Positions 46,503 to 64,000 of a stretch of 64,000 bases of DNA are shown here, in pieces. The first letter of the stretch is position 1. Each line of letters begins with the position of its first letter. The notes under the pieces are model-generated. The model did not search any database, was not told the DNA's origin, and saw only the letters and a list, made by a program, of their open reading frames with translations. The position numbers were made by a program, and so were the translations under genes. The DNA is taken from the NCBI GenBank assembly GCA_964016885.1, contig OZ024742.1, positions 127,720,001 through 127,784,000 of the forward strand, written 5' to 3'. Source of the stretch: Eledone cirrhosa. Its lineage: Eukaryota.

Positions 46503-46613
46503 TAAAATATAGTTCAAAATCAAAGGATATTCCTTCAACAGACTTTCTACCAGAATTACAAGCTGAGAAGAACTACATTAAATGTCAAGATGTAGTTTTG
46601 TATAGTTCTGAAG
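46503..46613 (+). CDS. Arrestin N-domain-like protein, coding exon 3 (VKYSSKSKDIPSTDFLPELQAEKNYIKCQDVVLYSSE)
   Basis: Pyrimidine-rich acceptor TTAATTTTCAG, donor GTTGGT, phases 1/1, open frame. Confidence 0.7.
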
Positions 46614-47697
46614 GTTGGTCACATTAATTTCTTTCTTAAGCACAAGGGTTTTTTCATAAGTGAAACAAATATAGCTCACTTTTCAAATATCACAATATGC
46701 TACTTATAGTCTACCCTATAAGGTAGTAGTTCTGGTACCACAACAAAAAACATCCAATCTACCCTTTTAGGTGGTAGTGCCAGAGTCATGATAAAATGCT
46801 TCCATTACATACTGTAATATGGTTGGTGTTAGGAAGAGCATCCAACCATAGAAACCAACCCAAAGATAGACCATATGAGCAAAACGTGGTCACCTGACCA
46901 GTCTAGTCTTGGTACATGACAACCTGTCTAATCTATGCAAGCTTGGAAGACATTATATGTTAATGATGATTAAGGGTATTTAACTTTGTAATAGCTAGGA
47001 CATTACTTTAACAGAATTTAAAACCAGATACATAAAACATCACCCGCCTAACCCATGCAAGCATGAAAGATAGACGTTAATTGATGATGATGATGACACT
47101 ATATGTTGGAAAGCTGCCTAGCAATATAACTTTTGTATCATCACCTTTGTCCTATCCTTTTATATTATGAAGGGTGGTGAATTGCTGGCCTTGTGCCAAA
47201 AGTAGAAATAATTATATTTTGAAGGGCACTAGATTTGCAGACTCATTAGAGCGTTGTACAAAATAGTTTGTGGTAGTATATTTGTTATGAAGCATTGTGG
47301 ACCAGTTAAGGAAGGACATGTAATTTTTGTTTTGCATTTGAAAACAGGTTCCTAACTCTGAAATATGTTGAAATATACTGAGTAAAAAACATTATTTTGT
47401 TTTGTTTTATTTGTCATCCTTTGCCCTTTGGTATATTTCTAATGCTTTATATTGGTTTTCTGAAGAGTCCTCATCAATCAATTACAATAATTGAACTTGT
47501 TTGGCAAGTGACTTGAAGCAATTATATCCTGGAAAAGCCATTTTAATCATTAAAAAAAATCATTGTTACACCTGTGTGTGCTTGTATGTTACAGGGTATA
47601 ACCTGTTAAATGCTGCTGCTGCTGCTGCTTCTTCTTCTTCTTCTTCTTCTATGGTCATGGGGACAGAGTCCTCAAACACTCCTTCCATTGGGTACAG

Positions 47698-48030
47698 TTA
47701 GAAGCAACTGTGTCCAACTGATCTGGTTGGATCCCCAAGCTCATGGATGTTATCGAACCATTTTGCAACTCTTTGTTGGTTTTGCTCCAGTGAAACTCCA
47801 TTCACATATAGAGTGCACTTCACAGGCTTCCTTGAAAGGATGAGTATCTCAGTTTTTGCAGCACTGATTTTCATTCCAACCATGCAGCACTTGGCATCAA
47901 ATGTATCAAATGCAAGTTGGACATCTGTCAAGTTAAGTAACACCATGTCTGCAAATTCTAGCCGACTGATTTTACACCTGCCAGTCATGATACCACTTCC
48001 AACCTGACTGTGAGTGTCAATACTACTCAT
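47698..48030 (-). pseudogene. Old non-LTR RT fragment (RTE-like)
   Basis: ISRLEFADMVLL...GMKISAAKTEILIL, a degenerate FADD and RT motif 6. Confidence 0.6.
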
Positions 48031-48089
48031 GAAAATAATAAAAATAATTCAGTTTCATTAATATAATTTATATTTGTTTTCTATTTTAG

Positions 48090-48152
48090 TATCTTTCATG
48101 ATTGACGTTTTTAGAATTCCATTTAAGTTTGTACTGCCCTCTAATATACCAG
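48090..48152 (+). CDS. Arrestin N-domain-like protein, coding exon 4 (VSFMIDVFRIPFKFVLPSNIP)
   Basis: Acceptor TTTTCTATTTTAG, donor GTAAGC, phases 1/1; PFxFxLPxxxP is the hallmark arrestin_N motif. Confidence 0.78.
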
Positions 48153-48214
48153 GTAAGCTAACATATCTATCTCTCTGCACAAACATTCAAGCGTGCACGC
48201 ACATTCATACATAC

Positions 48215-48257
<43 letters not shown>

Positions 48258-48258
<1 letters not shown>

Positions 48259-50805
48259 CATCATCATCATTATCATCATCATCATCATCATCGTTTAACG
48301 TCCATATTCCATGCTTGCATGGGTTTGGACGGGAGTTTTCCAACTTGAGGCAAGAGTGGTTGTCTTGCTCGCATAGGACTGTCTGGCAGGTTTTCTACGG
48401 CTGGATACCCTTCCTAACACCAACCACATTTACAGTGTGGAACTGGGAGGTTTTTACCGTGTTACCTACACGGCCACATTACAGCGTGGACTGTGTGTTT
48501 TTTTGTCGTGACACCTACATGACCTCATTTGTTTCGGGCTGGATGTTGTAGTACCAACATAACTTTACATTGAAAGGGTGGTGTGGATGGGGTGGGGTAG
48601 TGGGACGAGGGGTGTATTTTGTTAGAGGTGCCTACTGACTGTAGTAGGTTTCACTTTGTACTTAGGTAAGGCGGGTCTTCTCTATTACTGTGTAGCGCCA
48701 AAGGTCTCGGTCCAGTGACATTGCCTTGGAGAGGTGTAAGTGTGTGAGGTCGGAATTTATCAAGTCATCCCAGGTTTTTCTGGGTCTGCCTACTCCGTGG
48801 CTACCGTCTATTTTGATCGCCCTGCACTTTTTTATACAGCTGTCGTCTTTCATGCGCATCACGTGACCATACCAACGTAGCCTTCTCTCGAGTAAACAAC
48901 ATCTGATCCCTCTTATTTCTAATTTTTGCCTTAGTTCGTTTATGCTTTGCTGTTCAAGTATATTACTATTACACATCCAGCGGAGCATGCAAACTTCGTT
49001 CCTCTCCAGTCTGCGTATATCCTCTGCACACAATTCCCAGGTCTCACTGCCATGCAACATTGCTGTTCGTATGCAGGCATCATACAGCCTGCCTTTCATT
49101 TTTAGGGAGAAACCTTTAGCGGCTAATAGTGGTATAAGCTCTCTGAACTTTTTCAATCCAGTTCTGACTCTAGCTACTGTACTTTCAGAGCACCCTGCCC
49201 CACTGCTGATTTTGTCACCCAGGTAACGGAAGCTGTCCACTATTTCTATAGAACCATCTGTGCAATGGAATGAGCTAGTATTCTGTGGGTACTTGCTGCT
49301 ACTTATTACACCAGAGCACCGGCCACATATAAAATCTATGTTCTTAGTTAGCTTACCTGTGATCCCACTACATCTTTTATGCACCCATACTTTGCATTTG
49401 GGACATAAAATGGAGTTTCTACCTACTCCTTTCCTACACACTGAGCATGGCCATTTCCCGGATGGGACCGGCGCCCTATTTTCCTTCCTACAAACTAGAA
49501 CTTTAGTCTTAGACAGGTTAATTTTAAGGCCTTTTGATTCTAGGCCATGCTTCCATGTTTGGAATTTCTTCTCTAGTTCGGCCATTGATTCAGCTATGAG
49601 TGTTAGATCATCTGTGTATAGGAGTTCCCATGGGCAGCCGGTCTTGAACTCCACTGTTATAGCCTGAAGGGCGATAATAAATAGTAGGGGGCTAAGAACT
49701 GAGCCCTGATGAACACCAACTTTTACGCTAAACTCTTCACTATATTCGTTGTTAATTCTAACCTTGCTAACTGTTTCTTTATATATGGCTTGTATAGCTC
49801 TCACAAGCCATTCATCAACACCTAGTTTTCTAAGAGCCCACCAGATAATGGAACGGGGGACTCTGTCGAAAGCTTTCTCCAAGTCGACAAAAGCTAAGTA
49901 TAGGGGTTTACTTTTAGCTAGGTACTTCTCCTGTAGTTGTCGTACAATGAAAAGAGCGTCTGTGTTACTTTTGCCTGACACAAACCCGAACTGCATTTCA
50001 TCTAGATCAATTCTCTCTCTGATTAGTTGCGCTATTACTTTTTCTGTGACCTTCATGACCTGGTCGATTAATTTAATGCCTCTATAGTTACTCCTATCTA
50101 GGGCATCTCCTTTACCCTTGTAGCAGTTAATGATGATGCTGCTACGCCAGTCCTTCGGAACAACCCAATTCTGTATGACTTGGTTTACTATCCGGGTGAC
50201 CATGGTGGGTCCCACCGTTCAAGAAGCTTGCAGCATTTCAGCAACTATTTCCGAAGGCCCAGCCGCCTTACCCGTCTTCATATCTTTGATTGCCTTACTT
50301 ATTATACTACCTTCGACTAACACTGCTGGTCCCTCTATTGGGTTGATGTGGGGAAGACTGTCTTTCTCCCATTTATTCTCCTCATTTAGTAGCCTTTCGT
50401 AGTGACACTTCCAAGCTACCTTCTTGTCAGTGATGGCAAGTACACCATCATCATTAAGTACACACTTCTCCCCGACAATATCACGGTTTTCCTTGACACA
50501 TTGCCTAGCAATCCTGAACACCTCGCGTTTTTGGTCCTCGCGTTGTAGAACATGCTTGAACTTTCTTTCCTCTGCTTCCCTTCTTGCGAAGTACACTTGT
50601 CTCCTAGATTCCCTCCTGGCCACTTGATAGTCTTCTCTACTTCCCCCATCCCACCATACTTTCCAAGCCTGCTATTTGGCCTTAATTGACTCCTCCACCT
50701 TACTGTTCCACCACCATGTTACTCTCCTCCTGCCTATAGGCCTGCTCCAGCCACAGACTTCGTCTGCCGCCATCAGTAGGTTTGCTTTCAGGAATTCCCA
50801 CTGTT
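48258..50805 (-). mobile_element. RTE LINE subfamily 2, 5'-truncated and disabled
   Basis: ORFs 48662-50215 and 50219-50623 separated by a frameshift; YTDD in place of YADD; long 3' UTR. Confidence 0.92.
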
Positions 50806-50813
50806 ACTCTATA

Positions 50814-50861
<48 letters not shown>

Positions 50862-50862
<1 letters not shown>

Positions 50863-51650
50863 CGGCGATGAATTAGTTTTGCGAGGTTTTTTATATGAAA
50901 TCGTGTGTCGAAACAAATATTGTTATACTTGGGGAGGGTCATATTTGTGTAATATTGTCTATAGACAACATTATTGTCTATAGACAACAACATGACGGTA
51001 ACATAGACAACATAGAAATTAGAATAATATCTAAACATAGAAATGACCCAGCAGATAGGCAAATCAGAGAGGCCAGTGAAATAGAAATTAGAAGACCAAA
51101 GCTAAACAGAAAGAATGAATGGAATAACAACACCCAAACAAACAACACTGACCTAAGAGAAGTATAAATAAGTAAATAAAATAAGATAAATAAATAAATA
51201 AATACATACACAAGCACAATAACAACAAGCACATAAACACACACTAGTCACCCATCACACAGCAAACATAACACTATACACACACGCAAACGCATGCGCA
51301 AAGAAGACGAAATAAAATAAACAAACAAGCAAATAAATAAATAAATATATAGACAGACTGAATAAAAATGGCGTAGACATACAACACAACAGGAGGAAAA
51401 TATAACACCACTGACGATGTTGCAGATGTGCAACGAAAGATTTATGATAAACTATATACATGTGTTTGTGTCTATATTGTATCTGTATTATTTTTGACCG
51501 TCGGTCAGTCAATGGCAACATTGAGGACCGAGTAAGTTAGATTACCGATATAAAAGACAGCGAGAAGCGAAAACCAACCAAACAGTGAGTGTGTTCTGTT
51601 ATTAATTTTGGCAATATTACACAAATATGACCCTCCCCAAGTATAACAAT
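50862..51650 (+). mobile_element. Short PLE: inverted pLTR + GIY-YIG C-terminus + pLTR with hammerhead (51407-51448)
   Basis: RQIREASEIEIRRPKLNRKNEW; the inner part of 50862-50957 is the inverse of 51612-51650; CTGACGA-tGTTGCAgatgTGCAAC-GAAA. Confidence 0.85.
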
Positions 51651-51660
51651 ATATATATAT

Positions 51661-51735
<75 letters not shown>

Positions 51736-51742
51736 GATATAT

Positions 51743-54168
51743 ATCATCATCATCATCATCATCATCAATGTTTAACGTCCGTGTTCCACGCCTGCATGGG
51801 TTTGGACAGGGGTAGTCCCACTTGAGGCAAGAGTGATTGTCTTGCTCGCATAGGACTGTCTGGCAGGTTTTCTACAGTTGGATGCCCTTCCTAACACCAA
51901 CCACATTTACAGTGTGGGTCTGGGAGGTTTTTACCGTGTTGCCTACACGGCCACATTACAGCGTGGACTGTGTGTTTTTTTGTCGTGACACCTACACGAT
52001 CTCATTTGTTTCGGCCTCGATGGCGCGGCACCAACATAACTTTACATAGAACGGGGTGGTGTGGATCGGGTGGGGGTGGGGGTGGTGGGACGGGGTGTAT
52101 TTTGTTAGAGATGCCTACTGGCTGGAGTAGGTTTTACTATATATTTAGGTAAGGCGGGTCTTCTCTGTTACTGAGTACCGCCAAAGGTCTCGGTCCAGTG
52201 ACATTGTCTTGGAGAGGTGTAAGTGTGTGATGTCGGAGTTTATCAGCTCGTCCCAGGTTTTTCTAGGTCTGCCTATTCCGTGACTACCGTCTATCTTTAT
52301 TGCCCTGCACTTTGTTATACAGCTATCGACTTTCATGCGCATCACGTGTCCATACCAACGTAGCCTTCTCTCGAGTAAACAACATCTGATCCCTCTTATC
52401 TCTAATTTTTTCCTTAGTTCGTTTATGCTTTGCCGTTCACGTATATTACTGTTACACATCCAGCGGAGCATGCAAGCTTCGTTCCTCTCTAGTCTGCGTA
52501 TATCCTCTGCACACAATGCCCAGGTCTCACTGCCATGCAGCATTGCTGTTCGTATGCAGGCATCGTACAACCTGCCTTTCATTTTTAGTGAGAACCCTTT
52601 AGCAGCTAATAGTGGTATAAGCTCTCTGAACTTTTTCCAACCAGTTCTGACTCTAGCTACAGTACTGTCAGAGCACCCTCCCCCACTGCTGATTTTATCG
52701 CCCAGGTAACGGAAGCTGTCCACTATTTCTATAGAACCCTCTGCGCAATTGAAAGAGCTAGTAGTTTGTGGGCACTTGCTGCTACTTATTGCACCAGAGC
52801 ACCGGCCACATGTAAAATCTATGTTCTTAGTTAGCTTACCTGTGATCCCACTACATCTTTTATGCACCCATACTTTGCATTTAGGACATAAAATGGAGTT
52901 TCTACCTACGCCTTTCCTACACACCGAGCACGACCATTTCCCAGAAGGGACCGCCGCCTTGTTTTCTTTCCTACAAACTAGTACTTTGGTCTTAGCCAGG
53001 TTAATTTTAAGTCCTTTTGACTCTAGGCCGTGCTTCCATGTTTGGAATTTCTTCTCTAGCTCGGCCATTGATTCCGCTATGAGTGTCAGGTCGTCTGCGT
53101 ATAGGAGTTCCCATGGGCAGCCTGTCTTGAACTCCTCTGTTATAGCCTGAAGGGCAATAATAAATAGTAGTGGACTGAGAACAGAGCCCTGATGGACGCC
53201 AACTTTTACGCTAAACTCTTCACTATATTCGTTGTTAATTCTAACCTTGCTGACTGTTTCTTTATACATGGCTTGTATAGCCCTCACAAGCCATTCGTCA
53301 ACGCCTAGTTTTCTAAGAGCCCACCAGATAATGGAGCGGGGGACTCTGTCGAAGGCTTTCTCCAAGTCGACAAAAGCTAAGTAGAGGGGTTTACCTTTAG
53401 CTAGGTACTTCTCCTGTAGTTGTCGTACTATGAAAAGAGCGTCTGTGGTACTTTTGCCTGACACAAACCCGAACTGCATTTCATCTAGGTCAATTCTCTC
53501 TCTGATTAGTTGCGCTATTACTCTTTCCGTGACCTTCATGACCTGGTCGATTAATTTAATGCCTCTATAGTTACTCCTATCTAGGGCGTCTCCTTTACCC
53601 TTATAACAGTTAACGATGATGCTGCTATGCCAGTCCTTCGGAACAACCCCATTCTGTACGACTTGGTTAACTATGCGGGTGACCATGGTGTGTCCCACCG
53701 TGCCAGATGCCTTCAGCATCTCAGCAACTATTTCCGAAGGCCCAGCCGCCTTACCAGTCTTCATATCCTTGATTGCCTTACTTATTATACTCCCCTCGAC
53801 TAACACTGCTGGTCCCTCTATTGGGTCGATATGGGGGAGACTGCCTTTCTCCCAATTATTCTCCTCATTTAGAAGCCTTTCATAGTGACACTTCCAAGCT
53901 ACCTTCTTATCAGCGTCGGTGATGGCAAGTGTGCCATCGTCGTTTAGTACACACTTCTCCCCGACAATATCACGGTTTTGCTTGACGCATTGCCTAGCAA
54001 TCCTGAACACCTCACGTTTTTGGTCATCGCGTTGTAGAACATGCTTGAACTTTCTTTCTTCAGCTTCCCTTCTTGCTAAGTACACTTGTCTCCTAGCTTC
54101 CCTCCTGGCCACTTGATAGTCCTCTCTACTTCCCCCATCCCGCCATACTTTCCAAGCCTGCTTTTTGG
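51743..54168 (-). mobile_element. Young RTE LINE subfamily 2, 5'-truncated at a (TA)n array
   Basis: Uninterrupted RT frame from about 54168 to the stop at 52145; APE domain absent; nearly identical to 22930-24548. Confidence 0.93.
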
Positions 54169-54921
<753 letters not shown>

Positions 54922-54928
54922 AAATGGA

Positions 54929-55256
54929 GGCACATGGCTTAGTGGTTAGAGCATTGGCCTTGCAATCGAAAGGTTGTGAGTTCAATTCTCAGACCGGGTG
55001 ATGTGTTGTTTCCTTGAGCAAGACACTTTATTTCACATTGCTCCAGTTTACTCAGCTGTAGAAATGAGATGATAGGGACTAGGGTCCATATCATTCCACT
55101 GCAAAGTGGTCGTGGAGGTGCCACGGCAAAAAAGCACCCAGCCCTCACTGTAAATGAGGTTGGTGTTAGGAAGGGCATCCAGCTGTAGAAATCAAGCCAG
55201 AATCAGTTCCCGTCCCACCCTTGCAAGCAGGGAAAAGTGGACGTAAAATGATGATG
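54929..55256 (+). mobile_element. Full-length CORE-SINE
   Basis: Same structure as 21262-21596. Confidence 0.88.
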
Positions 55257-55259
55257 AAA

Positions 55260-55735
<476 letters not shown>

Positions 55736-57078
55736 GGAAAAACATATGCCCAAGCGGAAGGAGCAGCCATTGGTGTTAGCATTGCAGGCGACATAGCTAA
55801 CTTATTCATGGTATGGTGGGACAGTAGACTTAAACTTAAAGAACAATTAGAAGACAGCTTAACCCTGATAATGTACTCCCGCTACGTAGATGATATAAAC
55901 ATCGTAGTTAAGACACCCCCACCAGAGAACAGTCAGGAACTAGAGAAAAACACAATGGAAAGCATCCAGCAAATAGCAAACTCCATCCACCAGAGCATTA
56001 GAGTTACTATAGACTACCCAAGTAGACACCCCAACCATCGATTACCTGTACTAGACACAGAGCTCTGGTTAGATACCATTAACAACCAAAAACAAATCCT
56101 CCATTCCCATTATGCCAAACCCATGACTTACAAACATCTGATCCACCGAAACTCGGCCATTTCGGACCATATCAAAATCAACATACTGATTGCGGATTTG
56201 GTATGGGTGATGAGAAATGTGTCCCGCATGTGCAACCCCGAAGAACTAGAGAGACACATACAACACTTCATCCACCGTATGCAGTTCTCTGGCTACAATC
56301 AGAGAGATAGAATCAGAGTGTATAGAGGAGCCAGAACCAAATGGGAAAAAATGGTAAATAATGACATAAATGGGACCTGCCCCTTGTATAGGAGCAAATT
56401 TTGGAATAGAATAGAAAGAACTAGGAACAAGGCCAATAGAATAAACTCATCGTATGATAGCAATAAATACCAGAGTGTAATGTTCATCGACACAACCCCT
56501 AGAGGCGAACTAGCCTACAAATTTAGAAGGGCCCTAAATAAACATAAACTCAATATTAAGATAGTAGAAAGACCAGGTACCTCCGTAAAAACTATAGTGT
56601 ACATAGGTGAGACAGCTCGTAGTATAGGGGAACGGATAAATGAACACTGGCGAGACCTTCAAGATAATAAAGAATCATCTGTACTCTACCAACATGCTAA
56701 GATAGAACACAAGGGTAAATTAGAGAACATAGAAATAAAAATAGAATCTACACACAGAAAAGATGCAATGTTTAGACAAATTACAGAGGCAATAAACATA
56801 AAAGAATTACAACCAAAATTAAATAGAAAATATGAGTGGAACAGCAACATCACAACTTACAATTAAGGACAAAATGAAAACACACACACACATAGAACAA
56901 ACAACCAACCAATAACATGTAAATAAATAAATAAATAAACAAATAGATAAATGAACACAAACCTACACAGACACCCGGATGTGGCGCATGCGCAAACTGA
57001 GCACACAACACACACACAGAAACAAAATGGCGTAGGACAGAAGAAAGGAAAGGCACAGAAACAAAGAAAGGAATCCCC

Positions 57079-57123
57079 AGTCACTGAAGAGGTCACAGAG
57101 TGTGTGACGAAAGGACTATGACT
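57079..57123 (+). ncRNA. Minimal hammerhead ribozyme in PLE pLTR
   Basis: AGTCA-CTGAAGA-gGTCACAgagtgTGTGAC-GAAA-GGAC-TA-TGACT: 5-bp stem I, 6-bp stem II. Confidence 0.75.
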
Positions 57124-57206
57124 ATATGTAAACAACTATCTGGTTGTGGAACCAACCAACCAACCAGAAATTTATAAATTTGTAGATTTGTAAATTTATA
57201 AATTTA

Positions 57207-58335
57207 CTAGCAGAGGTACCCGGCGTTGCTCGGGTATTAAATAGCAGTTATGTATACCATTTATGTCAATACTTCAGTGCTGCTTCAAAAACTATACTTT
57301 TATAAACTCATCGACTTTTTCCAAAAGGAGGTTCCTGCCCTCAGGGGTCCCCTACTCAATATGTGCCAATTCTGAGAGTTCACATTCATCTGTAGAACAA
57401 ACGTATCCCATGTGTCAAGTTTTGTGAAAATCGGTTGCGAACTCCAGAAGTTATGACGTTTTTTTTGCATTGCACTGCAGTGCTTCAGTCGACTCCAAGG
57501 AAGTGGTTAAAGGGCGTTATCTGTCAGGAGGCTCTATAATCAATATCTGGAAAAATGAAAGTGTTCATGACCATCCGGAGTACATGAGTAACCTATGTCT
57601 TAAGTTTGGTGAAAATACTGTAGAAATGCATAAGGTTTACACACACGCGCGCACGCGCACGTGTGTGTGTGTGTATGTATTTGTGTGTGCGTATGTATAA
57701 GTATGTGTATGTTCGTCGGTGCATACGTATGTACTGGCCTAAATCTTCACTATTTATTTTTACTATGTTAAGGCAAAGTTAAAATCCCATCGAGGTTAAC
57801 TTTGCCTTTCATCCTTACGGGGTCGATAAAATAAAGTACCAGTAATGTACTGTTTAATTGCTGGCCTTGTGCCAAAAGTAGAAACAACTATTTTAATAAC
57901 CTGTCATTTTCGTTTACAATTTTATTTACATCATTCTTAAACTCCGGGGCTGGAAATCATTCGGTTATTTTAAATAGAATATTAGGCTAACGACTCCATT
58001 TACACCATAAACTTGGTCTTCTCTTTGCATGAAATTGTTCTTCTCGGTCCACCGCGTCGTTTATGCGGAACATAAATAGATAAGCAAATGACGCCATAAA
58101 AGGGAAATAACTCGTCTCTCATCTCTATTTATACGTTTGAACTGAAAAATCAATACATCACAAATTCGATTTTTACACTTGGCGTGGGTCGATTTTAAAA
58201 TTTATTTGACCGATGGTTCCGCCGGACCTTCATCTATAAGTGTAGCAATTTCACCGAAATTTGAACGTACGGTTTAAGAGGAGATGTGTGCCGAAGGTTT
58301 TAGTAGACAGACAACCTCAGTTTTATATATATAGA
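57207..58335 (-). mobile_element. Non-autonomous Helitron
   Basis: 5' TCTATATATATAAAACTGAGG, 3' CCCGAGCAACGCCGGG hairpin + CTAG, inserted at A|T, no TSD. Confidence 0.8.
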
Positions 58336-58339
58336 TAAA

Positions 58340-59217
58340 TCTATATATATAAAACTGTGGTTGTCTGTCTGTCTATCGATTTTTGGCACACATCTCCTCT
58401 TAGAATCTCTCACGGAATTGCACCGAAATTGCTATACTTGTACATTGAGCCCTAGCGAAGACATCGGAAAAAAAAAAATTTCAAATTCATCCACCCTATG
58501 TGACGAAATCGAATATAATGTATCGATTTTTGAGCGTAAGTTATCAGTTATTTCCCTTTGTTCTGTTTACATTGAGCGTCTTACGTAAAAAATTACGCTG
58601 GCTTTAACAGTTGTCGAGCCAGCAAAATATTGACCTGCAAAATTCATCAGTTCGAAGACTAAACTTCCGTTTTGCTTCATTTCCATTTAAAAGCATTTTA
58701 AAACAATATTTTTACTTGAAAACAAGTCTATTTAAAGACTACGTAAAACAAGCAAATATTTCGTCGTTAGGCGTGCAGACAGACAGTTGTGCAGACAGAC
58801 AGTCGTGCAGAGAGGTGATATAGGCGTGCAGACAGACAGTCGTGCAGAGAGGTGATATAGGCGTGCAGACAGACAGTCGTGCAGAGAGGTGATATAGGCG
58901 TGCAGACAGACATAACTGATAATTTGGTTACGCTAATGTTTTTCTCTGCGTTGCAGTGTTTACATTTTCGATCTTTGTTAATAAATAACCAGTGCAGTTT
59001 CTATCCCCAGCATCCTCTTTTGTTATAACATTCGGGTTATCGTTATGTTTTCTTAACTTCATAAGGCATATTGTTGGTTGAGGGAATATTAATCAAAAAC
59101 ACCACATGCAAGTCTGCACAGTAGACACTACAGTTTTTAAGCCAAAAAAGAAACTTAACATTGTAACTTTAACACAGCTACTGAGCGACCCCGAGCAACG
59201 CCGGGCTTTACTGCTAG
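58340..59217 (+). mobile_element. Non-autonomous Helitron with an internal 37-bp tandem repeat (about 58769-58912)
   Basis: 5' TCTATATATATAAAACTGTGG, 3' CCCGAGCAACGCCGGG hairpin + CTAG, inserted at A|T. Confidence 0.8.
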
Positions 59218-59352
59218 TATATAATAAATTGAAGTGAAAGCAACTGGTGCGTGTGTTTCTTATTGGCAACATGACCCTCCCAAAGTATAACAATATCGGT
59301 TTCAACACACGAATTCAGATAAAGAATCTTGCTAAACAAATTCAGAAACGAA

Positions 59353-63012
<3,660 letters not shown>

Positions 63013-64000
63013 CTCCTCCCAACAAGAGGCGAAAATGTCCTGGACCTCTGTTTTACAAACAACGAAGTGCTCATCCACAATGTAAAGGTGACACCAACAA
63101 TTCTCTCGGATCATAACTTGGTAGAGCTAATGATATGTGGTCCAAGAGAACCAACAGAGACAAAACCACCAAGAAGCTCCGGGACGCTATCCAGCCTTAA
63201 CTTCTACGGGGCTGACTGGAAGAAGATTAAGAGTGAAATCCGGAAGCAAACATGGAGTGCAAACATCGCCACACAAGACACTAACACACAATTTCAACAC
63301 TTCATGACAACGATACACACCATATGCAAAAAGTGTGTCCCGGAGAAAGAGGCAAACAGACACAAAAATCTTATTCCCAGAGATAGGAAAATCCTTATGA
63401 GACGTAGAACTAAACTCTCAAACCAGTTGAATAGTCAACAAAACCAAAACAAGAAGGAATCCTATTTGAAACGTGCACTACTTGACACCGAGATTGCACT
63501 CAAGCTTTCACATGAGAATGAGAGGGCAAGGAAAGAGAACAGGGCCATAGAAAACATAAAAACAAACCCTAAGGCCTTCTTTAAATTTGCAAAAGAAACT
63601 GCCTCAGTACACTGCAAGATTGGACCACTCTTCCACACGGACGGTTCATTAACCGAAAATCCTCAAGAGATATGTGAAATACTGAACGAACAGTACAAAA
63701 GTGTCTTCACATGTCCACTGAGGCACATGCAAATAACGAAGCCAGAGGAGTTCTTTGATGCCACAACACTACATCAAGAAATGGCAACCATCAACCACAT
63801 AGACATAACGGAGGAGGATGTGGTGTACGCCATTGATGAAATTAGAACAGACTCGGCTGCTGGACCTGATGGATTCCCAGCAGTTCTCCTAAAAATATGT
63901 AAGCGGGCCTTAGCAACTCCACTGAAGATGCTCTTCAGAAGCTCCTTGGCTAGCGGTGTACTACCCAGGGAGCTGAAAGAAGGCACAATATGCCCTATCC
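63013..64000 (+). mobile_element. CR1-group LINE ORF2 fragment (APE C-terminus to RT N-terminus), running off the window end
   Basis: [14 protein letters not shown]...SDHNLV...[11 protein letters not shown]...LNEQYKSVF...AAGPDGFP; no stop noticed in this frame. Confidence 0.85.

Overview
This is eukaryotic, very AT-rich and repeat-dominated DNA. The SINE families, RTE LINEs and kb-scale (TA)n arrays suggest a cephalopod, probably an octopus (inference, not verified). A + strand host gene absent from the ORF track is split into four small GT-AG exons (13441-13502, 22676-22749, 46503-46613, 48090-48152). These splice in phase to 103 aa of an arrestin N-domain-like protein, and the gene presumably continues past the window. 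Its introns and upstream flank hold one apparently intact RTE LINE (APE + RT with an inserted PHD finger) and younger truncated RTE copies. They also hold CR1, CRE-like, Gypsy and hAT remnants, Penelope-like elements (PLEs) with minimal hammerhead ribozymes, two tRNA-derived SINE families, two head-to-head non-autonomous Helitrons, a 422-bp satellite with an internal inversion, about 14 kb of (TA)n-type arrays and a 200-N gap. The most unusual signals are (1) a 15.6x tandem array of an HDV-like ribozyme fold at an RTE 5' end, (2) a 199-bp-arm palindrome carrying hammerheads on both strands, (3) PLE-terminus micro-remnants inside the giant (TA)n array, and (4) a covarying H-type pseudoknot module shared by LINEs and SINEs. 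All structures were read by eye; none was computed or tested.
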